DNA from: Gammaproteobacteria bacterium | GTDB taxonomy: Bacteria > Pseudomonadota > Gammaproteobacteria > Eutrophobiales > Eutrophobiaceae | Reading direction: 5' to 3' | DNA length: 64,000 nucleotides | Assembly (NCBI GenBank): GCA_965248145.1 | Contig: OZ252091.1 | Coordinates: forward strand, 2,626,649 to 2,690,648 | Part shown: one piece after another, positions 38,924 through 48,160 of the stretch | Layout: every line of letters starts with the position of its first letter | Numbering within the stretch: position 1 is the stretch's first letter | Notes under the pieces: generated by a model | The model's input: the letters and a program-made list of their open reading frames with translations, nothing else | What the model was told of the DNA's origin: nothing | Databases searched by the model: none | Program-made: the position numbers and the translations under genes

Positions 38924-40177
38924 TCACCTGTCGATCTCGCCGAAAACAATGTCCTGCGTGCCGATCACCGCGACCACGTCGGCCAGCATGTGCCCCTGCA
39001 CCATTTCGTTCATGGCCGATAGGTGGACAAAACCCGGCGGCCGTATCTTCAGGCGATAAGGTTTATTGGCGCCGTCTGAGACCAGGTAAATGCCAAACTC
39101 CCCTTTCGGGTGCTCCACGGCCGCGTATACCTCCCCTTCCGGTATACAGTAACCTTCGGTGAACAGCTTGAAGTGATGTATCAGCGACTCCATGTCGTCT
39201 TTCATCACTTCTCTCCGGGGCGGAACCAGTTTGTAATCATCAATAATGACCGGGCCCGGATTATTTCGCAGCCAATCCACGCATTGTATAATAATGGCAT
39301 TTGACTGGCGCATCTCCTCGACGCGGACCAGGTAGCGATCATAACAGTCTCCGCTGCTGCCCACGGGTATAGCGAAATCCAGTTGTTCATAGACTTCGTA
39401 GGGCTGCTTCCTGCGCAGGTCCCACTCCACGCCCGAGCCGCGCAACATGGGGCCGGTAAAGCCCAGCTCCACCGCTCTTTCCGGGCTGACTACGCCTATC
39501 CCTACCGTACGCTGTTTCCAGATCCGGTTATCGGTCAGCAGGGTTTCATATTCGTCAACGCAGCCGGGGAAGCGTTCCGTAAAATCCTCGATAAAATCCA
39601 GCAATGAACCCTGCCGGGTATCATTTAATTTTCTCACCTCTTTATCCGAACGGTTTACGGTCACCGTGTATTGCGGCATCTGTGCGGGCAAATCACGATA
39701 GACGCCGCCCGGGCGGTAATAGGTTGCGTGCATCCTCGTACCGGATACCGCTTCGTAACAATCAATCAGGTCTTCCCGTTCACGGAAGCAATACAGGAAC
39801 ATGGTCATGGCGCCGATATCCAGGCCATGGGCGCCCAGCCACATGAGGTGGTTAAGGACGCGGGTAATCTCATCGAACATCACCCGTATGTAGCGGGCCC
39901 GAATGGGCGGGGTGACACCCAGTAATCTTTCAATGGCCAGCACGTAAGCGTGTTCATTACACATCATGGACACATAATCGAGCCGGTCCATGTAACCGAT
40001 ACTCTGGTTATAGGGTTTGCTCTCTGCCAGTTTTTCCGTAGCGCGATGCAATAACCCGATGTGCGGGTCGGCGCGTTCAATCACCTCCCCTTCCATCTCC
40101 AGCACCAGGCGCAATACCCCATGAGCCGCCGGGTGTTGCGGACCGAAGTTCATGGTCATGTTCCTGATTTCAGGCAT
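38924..40177 (-). CDS. nuoD: NADH-quinone oxidoreductase subunit D.
   Basis: 49-kDa subunit blocks. Length 417 aa. It is a separate gene from nuoC. Confidence 0.9.
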   Translation of the reverse strand: MPEIRNMTMNFGPQHPAAHGVLRLVLEMEGEVIERADPHIGLLHRATEKLAESKPYNQSIGYMDRLDYVSMMCNEHAYVLAIERLLGVTPPIRARYIRVMFDEITRVLNHLMWLGAHGLDIGAMTMFLYCFREREDLIDCYEAVSGTRMHATYYRPGGVYRDLPAQMPQYTVTVNRSDKEVRKLNDTRQGSLLDFIEDFTERFPGCVDEYETLLTDNRIWKQRTVGIGVVSPERAVELGFTGPMLRGSGVEWDLRRKQPYEVYEQLDFAIPVGSSGDCYDRYLVRVEEMRQSNAIIIQCVDWLRNNPGPVIIDDYKLVPPRREVMKDDMESLIHHFKLFTEGYCIPEGEVYAAVEHPKGEFGIYLVSDGANKPYRLKIRPPGFVHLSAMNEMVQGHMLADVVAVIGTQDIVFGEIDR

Positions 40178-40191
40178 AAATGAAAAAACCT

Positions 40192-40323
40192 GCCACAGAG
40201 GGCACAGAGATCACAGAGTGGATCGAGAATCTTTTTAGTACCTGGATAACCTTCATGTTTATCAATTTATCTTGTCCATTATTCATTTTGTTTCTTCTCT
40301 GTGATCTCTGTGTCCTCTGTGGC
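40192..40323. mobile_element. MITE-like repeat (type A), full copy, inserted in the nuoC-nuoD intergenic region.
   Basis: GCCACAGAGGGCACAGAGATCACAGAGT ... TCTCTGTGATCTCTGTGTCCTCTGTGGC. It abuts the nuoC stop codon at 40324-40326. Confidence 0.75.
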
Positions 40324-41004
40324 TTATATTTTTTTCTCGGGTGCGGCATAACGATTATCGTGCCTGATCGTCTTGGGCACCAGTACGCGGTTTTTGATCG
40401 TGACCGGCTGGTACACGACCCGGCCCTGTTCCGGGTCATAGCGGACTTCCACGTTGCCTTCCAGGGGAAAATCCTTACGGAAAGGGTGTCCGACAAAACC
40501 ATAGTCCGTCAGGATGCGCCGCATGTCCGGATGTTCCGTGAAGAGGATGCCAAACAGGTCAAAGGCCTCCCGTTCAAACCAGTTGGCGCCGGCCCAGATG
40601 GGTGTCACCGAGGCAATCTTGGCCGGTTGGCCGGAGATAAAACTGCGCAGCCTTAAACGCTGGTTGCGTTTTATTGACAACAGGTGATAGACCACTGCAA
40701 ACCGGTCTTCAATATCCTGTGTGTCGATATATACACCCTGGCTGACCCCGCGACTGAAACCCGTCCTGGTCGTCACCTCGGTTTCCCAGTCCGCCTTGCC
40801 GTAGGTCAGGTAATCGACACCGCATAAGTCGGATAATTGCTTGAACGCCAGGGTCTCATCGTCTCGCAGGATCAGGCACACGTCCGTTATATCCTCAGGC
40901 TTGATTTCGATGGTAACCTGGCCTGTCTCCAGCTTGTCCGTGATTATCTTTGCGCCGAGACGCTCGCGCAGGTCTTTGAGAAGCGTAGCCGGGGACGGTG
41001 TCAT
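40324..41004 (-). CDS. nuoC: NADH-quinone oxidoreductase subunit C.
   Basis: 30-kDa subunit blocks, at the expected operon position. Confidence 0.85.
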   Translation of the reverse strand: MTPSPATLLKDLRERLGAKIITDKLETGQVTIEIKPEDITDVCLILRDDETLAFKQLSDLCGVDYLTYGKADWETEVTTRTGFSRGVSQGVYIDTQDIEDRFAVVYHLLSIKRNQRLRLRSFISGQPAKIASVTPIWAGANWFEREAFDLFGILFTEHPDMRRILTDYGFVGHPFRKDFPLEGNVEVRYDPEQGRVVYQPVTIKNRVLVPKTIRHDNRYAAPEKKI

Positions 41005-41021
41005 CGTGAGGTAAGGCAGTC

Positions 41022-41507
41022 CTATCTTTTAATTATATTGGCGCTGGTCCGTTTTATCTTTTTTTGTAATTGAATCACTCCGAACAACAGGGCCTCCGCC
41101 GTGGGGGGACAACCCGGCACGTAGATATCCACGGGAACAATCCGGTCACAACCCCGGACAACGGAATAAGAATAATGGTAATAGCCTCCCCCGTTTGCGC
41201 ATGAACCCATGGAGATGACCCACTTGGGTTCCGGCATCTGGTCATACACCTTGCGCAGCGCCGGCGCCATCTTGTTTACCAGCGTACCCGCAACGATCAT
41301 GACATCGGATTGTCTGGGGCTGGCGCGGAATATGACGCCAAACCGGTCCAGGTCATATCGCGAAGCGCCGGCGTGCATCATTTCGACCGCACAACAGGCA
41401 AGGCCGAACGTCATCGGCCACAGGGAACCCGTACGCGCCCAATTCACCAGGTTATCCACGGTGGTAGTGACAATACCCTGGTGGTGTATTTGTTCTTCGG
41501 GATTCAT
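41022..41507 (-). CDS. nuoB: NADH-quinone oxidoreductase subunit B.
   Basis: Conserved cysteines CCAVEMM...GSCANGGG...CPP (N2 cluster). Start ambiguous between 41507, 41522 and 41543. Confidence 0.85.
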   Translation of the reverse strand: MNPEEQIHHQGIVTTTVDNLVNWARTGSLWPMTFGLACCAVEMMHAGASRYDLDRFGVIFRASPRQSDVMIVAGTLVNKMAPALRKVYDQMPEPKWVISMGSCANGGGYYHYSYSVVRGCDRIVPVDIYVPGCPPTAEALLFGVIQLQKKIKRTSANIIKR

Positions 41508-41512
41508 CTCAG

Positions 41513-41869
41513 TTACTCCCATTCCAGCGCACCTTTCCGCCATTCATAAATGAATCCGACGACCAGGACAGCCAGAAACAGCATCATGGCCCAGAATCCG
41601 ACCATCCCTATCTCCCGCAATGCAACCGCCCAGGGAAAGAAAAAGGCGATTTCAAGATCAAAAATGATAAACAGGATGGCAATAAGATAATAACGCACGT
41701 CGAATTGCATCCTGGCGTCATCAAATGCCTCAAAACCGCATTCATAAGGCGACTGTTTCTCACTGTCAGGCTGCTTCGGACCAAGAAGATAACCGAGGGC
41801 AAATAGTATGACCCCAAACCCCAGCCCGACAACCAGAAAGATCAGTATTGGCAGATAGTTTTCTAACAT
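41513..41869 (-). CDS. nuoA: NADH-quinone oxidoreductase subunit A.
   Basis: About 118 aa with 3 TM segments and the ...YECGF...FDVRYYL... blocks. Start chosen at MLENYLPIL. Confidence 0.8.
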   Translation of the reverse strand: MLENYLPILIFLVVGLGFGVILFALGYLLGPKQPDSEKQSPYECGFEAFDDARMQFDVRYYLIAILFIIFDLEIAFFFPWAVALREIGMVGFWAMMLFLAVLVVGFIYEWRKGALEWE

Positions 41870-42244
41870 GGGGGGCATTATACTCGTATTACTGCACAAA
41901 AAAAGTGCAGACCCTGACTTAATCCATTTACAAGTTATTGTCATTTTATGTCCGGACTGTTACACATCAAACATGCGGCTATTTTCGCACTGCTTATGAG
42001 CGCCTTCTTGTTTGTGTCTCAAGGCTTATATGCAAGCAGCACAAAGCTCAGCGAGGCTGAGACCCAGGCCGTAGAGAAAGCGGCGGTGGATTCGGAAGAG
42101 CAGAAAAAGCAACGGGAAGCCATCGCGGTTTAGCCCGGAGATACAATTATGGCAGGAAGCTGAATATCTGGGCATCTGCATTGGCCGGAGAAAATAGCCT
42201 GTGATGACAGGGAGCGGATTCGATTGATTTAGTGGCTAACTCCT

Positions 42245-42511
42245 TCAAAAAAGATCGGCATGGGTTCCCGTCCGTCGCAGAATCAAGCACTTGTCATCGA
42301 TCTCATAGATCAGAACCCAGTCTGGGCCAACATGCGCGTCCCAAGTATGATCATACTTCCCGGACAATTTGTGGGGTCGGGCTCCCGGTGGCAGCGGCTG
42401 ATCACTGGCCAGCCTCTCGATGAATGCCTCCAGCTTTTGAATATCCCAGCCTCGTTTTTTGATCTGCCTGTAGTCCTTGAGAAAGCGGTTGGTATAAGAA
42501 ATCTCTCGCAT
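42245..42511 (-). CDS. yafQ: Type II toxin YafQ/RelE family (mRNA interferase).
   Basis: 88 aa, with the FLKDYRQIKKRGWDI...HKLSGKYDHTWDAHVGPDWVLIY pattern. It lies immediately downstream of a DinJ-like gene. Confidence 0.75.
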   Translation of the reverse strand: MREISYTNRFLKDYRQIKKRGWDIQKLEAFIERLASDQPLPPGARPHKLSGKYDHTWDAHVGPDWVLIYEIDDKCLILRRTGTHADLF

Positions 42512-42513
42512 TC

Positions 42514-42783
42514 CTACGCTGCGTGACTCCGCGCCTCAAGATCGGCGAAAAGCTCCTTGGTGGAATCAAACCGTCTCAGGCTTTCCGCGGGTTCTTCCAG
42601 GGCTGCGATGGTGTCAGCATTGGGTATGCAAACATCAAATGGCAACCCCTTACGCAGGACCAATTGACTTAGCGCCATACGGATAAACTCTGTGGGTTTC
42701 AGTCCAAGTTGAGAGAGCACGGCTTCGGCTTGGGCTTTCAGTTCCGGTTCGACTCGGATTTGCATCTGTCTGGTTCTGGTCAT
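42514..42783 (-). CDS. dinJ: Type II antitoxin DinJ/RelB family.
   Basis: 89 aa, with a ribbon-helix-helix N-terminus MQIRVEPELKAQAEAVLSQLGL. It is 2 nt from the toxin gene. Confidence 0.75.
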   Translation of the reverse strand: MTRTRQMQIRVEPELKAQAEAVLSQLGLKPTEFIRMALSQLVLRKGLPFDVCIPNADTIAALEEPAESLRRFDSTKELFADLEARSHAA

Positions 42784-42892
42784 AGTGATACCTTGTCTTG
42801 TTTTTGTCTGATTATAGTCTGAACGATTTTGCTACCATTTGCAATACATATTGTCATAAGGTTCTCCCGCGTCCGGCAAAAATAGTATCTTT

Positions 42893-43010
42893 ATTGTTTT
42901 ACCCAGCAAAGAAGGCGATTATTCGCTGGCATGGCATAATCGTGTTGTATATACAGGCCTACTGCATTTGCCAATTGCTCAACGTCTTCAAAGTTCCTGA
43001 TGCCACTTTC
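42893..43010 (-). pseudogene. Duplicated 3'-terminal fragment (~118 bp) of the DUF938 methyltransferase gene.
   Basis: Nearly identical to 44683-44800, which is the real 3' end of CDS 44663-45277. It is flanked by REP sequences. Confidence 0.6.
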
Positions 43011-43323
43011 GGGATGGAGTTCTAGGCACGAGTTCCAGGGACACAATATTTAATTTTGCTATTCTGTCAGTATGATCATCCTGGCATTGAGAGGGCGTTG
43101 GGCCGAGTGGTGATAAAGAAAAAATAGGCGCAATAAAACGAATTAAGTATTGTGTCCCTGGAATTCCGGACCGTTACAGATCGAAGATGTGGTTGTTTCC
43201 GCGTTGCTGTTAAGCGCTTTCGTCGGTTTGGTATTTTATGTACGGTAAGATATTATTGATATATTTGATATATAAGATATCAAATGCTATAATCTTTCCC
43301 AAGTGATATCAGGAGGATGGCTT

Positions 43324-43560
43324 ATGACCGATATTCTAATTCGAAACATTGATAATCAATTAGACAAGGCATTAAAAATCAGGGCAATACAACATGGCCG
43401 AACCCGTGAAGCCGAAATCAAGTTTATCTTGAAGGCCACGGTTTCCCGGAGGCCTGAAAAACGCTCACTGGCTGAGGTCTTAATGGATATTCCCAAGCTG
43501 GATGTCGATGTAGACAATTTGTTTAAACGACCTGCCGGTTCCTCCCGCAATATGGATTAG
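43324..43560 (+). CDS. Ribbon-helix-helix antitoxin (FitA/VapB-like).
   Basis: MTDILIRNIDNQLDKALKIRAIQHGRTREAEI is a typical RHH N-terminus. It lies upstream of, and 7 nt from, a PIN toxin gene. Confidence 0.6.
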   Translation: MTDILIRNIDNQLDKALKIRAIQHGRTREAEIKFILKATVSRRPEKRSLAEVLMDIPKLDVDVDNLFKRPAGSSRNMD

Positions 43561-43567
43561 GTATGCC

Positions 43568-43993
43568 GTGTATTTGTTGGATACCAATGTAATATCGCAA
43601 TTCACCAAACGACAGCCAAATCCCGGCGTCACGGCATTTATAAAGGAAGCTGATGATGCAGAATCTTCTCTCTATTTATCCGTTATAACCATCGGCGAGA
43701 TTAACAAGGGCATTGTCAGGCTGACTCGTTATAACGACCTCCAACAAGCAGAAAAGCTAAGACAATGGTATAAGCAGTTGAAGATCGATTTTGCAGATTT
43801 TTTATTACCGATAGACGTGGACACAACGGTGATATGGGGAGAGGTTCTGGCTGCAACAGACGATACCAATGCTATCGACAAGCTCATTGCGGCAACGGCT
43901 TTACAATATGGTTTAACATTGGTTACACGCAATATTGATCACCTGATTGGTACGGGCGCCAAGTGTGTCAACCCATTTATCCCGGCAGAATAA
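43568..43993 (+). CDS. vapC: PIN-domain ribonuclease toxin (VapC/FitB-like).
   Basis: MYLLDTNVIS...D...TRN blocks of the PIN domain. GTG start. Confidence 0.8.
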   Translation: MYLLDTNVISQFTKRQPNPGVTAFIKEADDAESSLYLSVITIGEINKGIVRLTRYNDLQQAEKLRQWYKQLKIDFADFLLPIDVDTTVIWGEVLAATDDTNAIDKLIAATALQYGLTLVTRNIDHLIGTGAKCVNPFIPAE

Positions 43994-44143
43994 AAGACGC
44001 AGAAACAAAACTCCTTGATATAAAAGAGACTTCTTCTATCTCATTACACGCAATGATTTAACTACCATGAAATACCTCCGTATGCTACCTTCATCTTTGG
44101 AAAAATAACACGCGCATCAATTCACATTATAGGAGTTGGAATC

Positions 44144-44518
44144 ATGAGCAACATACCCGCAGATACAAGTGATAATGACCTGATTGAAAAGACTGTTCAG
44201 TTCTATATTGATGGAGCAAAATCCGGGAAGGGTGATGGTATGAAACCGGCGTTCCACACAGACGCGACGATCTTTGGATACATTGGTGATGACTTATTTG
44301 CCGGACCGATACAGAAACTTTTTGACTGGAACGATGAAAATGGAGCAGCAACAGGACTCGAAGCAAGAATAGCCAACATTGATATAGTTGGCACAGTCGC
44401 AACGGTCCGTCTTGAACTCGACAACTGGACCGGTCATAAATTTACTGACCTCTTTACATTGCTGAAAGTCGATGGTGATTGGAAGATTATGAATAAAGTT
44501 TTTTATCTCCATGCTTAG
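44144..44518 (+). CDS. NTF2-like / putative lumazine-binding family small protein.
   Basis: 124 aa with an NTF2-fold pattern (…TVQFYIDGAKSGKGDGMKPAFHTDATIFGY…GDWKIMNKVFY). Confidence 0.45.
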   Translation: MSNIPADTSDNDLIEKTVQFYIDGAKSGKGDGMKPAFHTDATIFGYIGDDLFAGPIQKLFDWNDENGAATGLEARIANIDIVGTVATVRLELDNWTGHKFTDLFTLLKVDGDWKIMNKVFYLHA

Positions 44519-44662
44519 GGAAACTTTGATTTATTCAGAGTTTCCTACGGTACAAGGAGGTACCGTCAAAATCGATTGGGAGTTCTGGGGAGACAATACT
44601 TAATTCTGTAAATCAATGGAGGCAGACTTGCTAGAATTAAGTATTGTCTCCCCAGGAACTCA

Positions 44663-45277
44663 TCAATTTCGTCGTTTTTGTTTTACCCAGCAAAGAAGGC
44701 GATTATTCGCCGGCATGGCATAATCGTGTTGTATATACAGGCCTGCTGCATTTGCCAGTAGTTCAACGTCTTCAAAGTTCCTGATGCCGCTTTCAGGATT
44801 ACTTTGTTTCAGCCATATATCAAATCTCGCATTGCTGTCGCTGGTATAGGCATTGTTGTAATTGAACGGGCCATAAAGCACGAGCAAACCATTATCGGGT
44901 AGCAGCTGCCCTACTCCGGCGATCATGGCCTTGACTGAGTCCCACCCCATAATATGTATCGCATTGGCGGAAAACACGGCATCTACTTTTAACTTTGACC
45001 AATACGCCTGGGTAACATCCAGTATGAGGGGTAGAGGCGTATTGGCTAAGTTTGCCTCACTCAACCATAATTCGATTCCTGCATGATTCTCCTGCAGGTC
45101 ACTGCTGTGCCAGATCAGGTGCGGTAATTTCTCTGCGAAATAAACAGCGTGCTGCCCGGTACCGCTGCCTATCTCCAGAACTGCCTTACTGCCAGCGAAC
45201 AATACTTCAATAATCTCAAGAATCGGTTGCCGATTGTTATCACAGGCAACGGAATACGGTTTGTTTGACATAAACAA
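44663..45277 (-). CDS. Class I SAM-dependent methyltransferase, DUF938 family.
   Basis: VLEIGSGTGQHAVYFAEKLP glycine-rich SAM motif. Length 204 aa. Confidence 0.7.
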   Translation of the reverse strand: MFMSNKPYSVACDNNRQPILEIIEVLFAGSKAVLEIGSGTGQHAVYFAEKLPHLIWHSSDLQENHAGIELWLSEANLANTPLPLILDVTQAYWSKLKVDAVFSANAIHIMGWDSVKAMIAGVGQLLPDNGLLVLYGPFNYNNAYTSDSNARFDIWLKQSNPESGIRNFEDVELLANAAGLYIQHDYAMPANNRLLCWVKQKRRN

Positions 45278-45309
45278 GCAAAATTGACAGAAGCCGTTTA
45301 GTGCGTGAC

Positions 45310-45705
45310 TTACTCTACCGGCACAGTGGGCGGCGCCTCACTTTCCTTAATAAATAAAACCAGTATTTTCGCGGGCTCGGTATCACTGGCATTTCTTGAG
45401 ACACTATGGATGTCATCCGGATTTTCGTAGAAGGTCTGTCCTGCTGACAAGGTTACCGCTTCGCCTCCCCTGACCTGCATAACGACACTACCTTCAAGAA
45501 CATAGACAAAGGTGTGCGCGTAATGACGATGTTGTCCGGATGCCTCTCCCGGTGCATACGTCACGGTAAGCATCCGGCCTGACTTGCCCGGGATATCCTG
45601 TAATTGCTTATCGAATAAAACATCCACTTCCATCGCCTGTACGCCCAGGGAAAACAGAAAAAACATAGCAAATAGAATTAAGTGTTGTTTCAAAATATTG
45701 CTCAT
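45310..45705 (-). CDS. Secreted cupin-domain protein.
   Basis: Signal peptide plus a cupin two-His motif (GQHRHYAHTFVYVLEG...SAGQTFYENPDDIH). Confidence 0.6.
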   Translation of the reverse strand: MSNILKQHLILFAMFFLFSLGVQAMEVDVLFDKQLQDIPGKSGRMLTVTYAPGEASGQHRHYAHTFVYVLEGSVVMQVRGGEAVTLSAGQTFYENPDDIHSVSRNASDTEPAKILVLFIKESEAPPTVPVE

Positions 45706-45757
45706 ATCTTTCCCCTCTTGTTTATGAGTCATAGAGAGTCATAATAATCCATAATGG

Positions 45758-48088
45758 TTAAAATGAAAGGCGCACGCCGAATATACCGGAACGTCCCGGT
45801 AACGGCGCCAGTTCTTTTACAAAAGACGTATGCCGGCGTATCTCTTCATCAAGCAGGTTGCTGGCGCTGGCAAACAGGGTAACATTATTGCCGGCCTGAC
45901 TTAGTCGGTAGCTGGCATAGAGGTTCAACAAGTCATAACCATCGGTAGGCGTTTCAAACAGCGCGGTGTCATTCTGTTTATTTACACGGGTATAACTCAG
46001 GGTCGCATACCAGGGACCCTGAAAATAAGTCAAGCCGGCGCCAAACCGCCAGGGAGTAATACGCGGCAGGTTGACATTATCAGAACGCTTACCTTCCACA
46101 TAATCTGCCCATAAACGTATATCCAGCGAGCCACTTTCGCCTTCCAGGGCATGTACGACTCCTTCCAGCTCAAAACCCATGAACTCCGCATCGTCCTGGA
46201 CCTGGGCAACGAGCAAGTGGACGCCATCCTCGTCCGGGTCCCGGATACCGGCCAGGTCGCCGGCGAAATCATCATGCACCCAGTCAGCGATGCCATCCTC
46301 GTTCAGGTCCTGCTCCTTCAGGAATATGAAATCATCAATCCGGTTATAGAATAAATTGACCGTGAGGGTGAGCCTCCCCGTCGCTTTCCGCCAGTAGAAA
46401 TCAATATTAGTAGACTTTTCCTTGCTCAGCTCAGTATCGCCATACTCAAACGTCGTTGTCGCGAGATGCGGACCTGCAGTATACAACTCCTCCAGAGACG
46501 GCGCCCGTTGCGCATGGGTGGCGACAAGACCCAGTTCATAACCGTCGCGGTAGTCCCAGTTCAGGCCGCCGGAGATGCTGAACAGGTCATGGCTGGTTTC
46601 CCCGCCGTTATCAGCGCTGGTGTCCTGATATTCATATCTGGCGCCGAATTCCATGTGCCAGTTCCCCATGTCACCTTTTTCCAACAAGAACGCGGCAATG
46701 GACTCCAACTCTGAGGGCGGGACAAAGTCTTCTTCGCCTATCGCGGCAAAATCCTTGTAGTGATACTGCAGACCGACGGCCCCTTGCCAGCCACCGAGGG
46801 GGTGATGCACAATCTCGACGCGGGCTTCCATCTCATTATTGTCAAAGGCCACACCTACGTTGCCGTCGGCTTCCACTTCATCATGATGATAGTCGTTGTA
46901 TGACGAGCGCGTTTTGATCCGGTGTATGCCGATAAAAGGATCATATAAGGACGCCTCGAAGTCATAACGTGTCTGCCCCATGTCTATCCGTGGGCGGCCT
47001 TCTCCTCCATGCCCCCCTTCTTCCTCGTGATGTCCCTCTTCCTCATCATGCCCTTCTTCCTCATGATGTTCCTCTTCATCATCATGATCTTCTCCCTCAT
47101 GGAAATCAATTCCATCCAGCAGATCTGTTTCATCATCATGATGGTGGTCTCCCAGAATGCCATAGTTGTTGTCAAGTCGGCTCACGGAAAAGCCGATGAA
47201 CCCGCGTTCACCGATCCAGGATGCCCCTGCTGCCACACTTTCCGTTTCGATACTGCTGTTTTCCAGTACGCCTTTCTCCATCTCATCATCCGGGTCCCTG
47301 TCCAATTCGGCGAACCCGGGAATTTTGTAGTCGTCGGTATGACGTTTCATACCGTCGATGTGAAAGGCGAAATTCCCTGCTCCGACGCTGAAGCTTCCGC
47401 CGCCGTTCACACCATCGTTGACGGTTTCATATTGTAGCGATATATCGGCCTGCAGGTCTTCCGGGACATATTTGGGAATGCGATCATTAACGACGTTGAC
47501 CACGCCGCCACTGGCGCCACTGCCAAAAAGCAACGTGGCAGGGCCACGAAAAATCTCAATCTGCCGGGCAAACGCAGGCTCCGTAGGTACTGCATGGTCA
47601 GCGCCTATATTGGCCACGTCCATGGTACTGATGCCATTTTCGAGCACGCTTACCCGACTGCCGGCCAGACCGCGAATGACGGGACGTCCTACCGCTGCAC
47701 CGAAATCACCGGAGCTCACGCCCAGCTCATTGGCAACCGCCTCTCCAATATTATGGATGCTACGGCTTTCGAGTTGTTTTTTTGTCAATACCTGGGCAGG
47801 TCGCGCCATGTGTTCATCTATATCACCCAATGGGTCGGCAGTGACGATTATCTCTTCCATATACTCATGACCAGCCGATGTGTGGGTATGACCCCCCGGT
47901 GTAAGCGAACGCTTGGGCGGTGTATGGGTATGACTGGCCGGTGTGTGGGCGTGCTCATCCTCCGCAGGCACGCTGGCAGCCGGGTCGTGCGCATCGCCGG
48001 CAACTTCATCGGCAAATGAAAACGATGCATGGATAACCACGACGATGGTCAACGAGGCTATACCTATTAATCGTAATGAATCAGGCAT
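45758..48088 (-). CDS. TonB-dependent receptor with His-rich N-terminal extension and a His/Glu/Asp-rich surface loop (ZnuD-like metal-uptake receptor).
   Basis: Plug and barrel blocks. N-terminal HAHTPASHTHTPP...GGHTHTSAGHE, and an internal loop HHHDDETDLLDGIDFHEGEDHDDEEEHHEEEGHDEEEGHHEEEGGHGGEG. Confidence 0.8.
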   Translation of the reverse strand: MPDSLRLIGIASLTIVVVIHASFSFADEVAGDAHDPAASVPAEDEHAHTPASHTHTPPKRSLTPGGHTHTSAGHEYMEEIIVTADPLGDIDEHMARPAQVLTKKQLESRSIHNIGEAVANELGVSSGDFGAAVGRPVIRGLAGSRVSVLENGISTMDVANIGADHAVPTEPAFARQIEIFRGPATLLFGSGASGGVVNVVNDRIPKYVPEDLQADISLQYETVNDGVNGGGSFSVGAGNFAFHIDGMKRHTDDYKIPGFAELDRDPDDEMEKGVLENSSIETESVAAGASWIGERGFIGFSVSRLDNNYGILGDHHHDDETDLLDGIDFHEGEDHDDEEEHHEEEGHDEEEGHHEEEGGHGGEGRPRIDMGQTRYDFEASLYDPFIGIHRIKTRSSYNDYHHDEVEADGNVGVAFDNNEMEARVEIVHHPLGGWQGAVGLQYHYKDFAAIGEEDFVPPSELESIAAFLLEKGDMGNWHMEFGARYEYQDTSADNGGETSHDLFSISGGLNWDYRDGYELGLVATHAQRAPSLEELYTAGPHLATTTFEYGDTELSKEKSTNIDFYWRKATGRLTLTVNLFYNRIDDFIFLKEQDLNEDGIADWVHDDFAGDLAGIRDPDEDGVHLLVAQVQDDAEFMGFELEGVVHALEGESGSLDIRLWADYVEGKRSDNVNLPRITPWRFGAGLTYFQGPWYATLSYTRVNKQNDTALFETPTDGYDLLNLYASYRLSQAGNNVTLFASASNLLDEEIRRHTSFVKELAPLPGRSGIFGVRLSF

Positions 48089-48160
48089 TGAACAAAATCC
48101 TCGTCAGTCGAGCGGAGAGATAGTCGAATTTATCTTCTCACAAGCACAAATAGCACGAAT

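Noticed and set aside
41948-42133. 61-aa ORF with an N-terminal hydrophobic segment in the nuoA upstream region.
   Set aside because: It has no RBS or homology support and lies in the expected nuo promoter/leader region. It is probably spurious, though a small secreted peptide cannot be excluded.
42798-43025. 75-aa plus-strand ORF (MFLSDYSLNDFATICNTYCHK...).
   Set aside because: It lies over the duplicated 3' fragment of the methyltransferase gene in the wrong orientation, and is an artefact of the segmental duplication.
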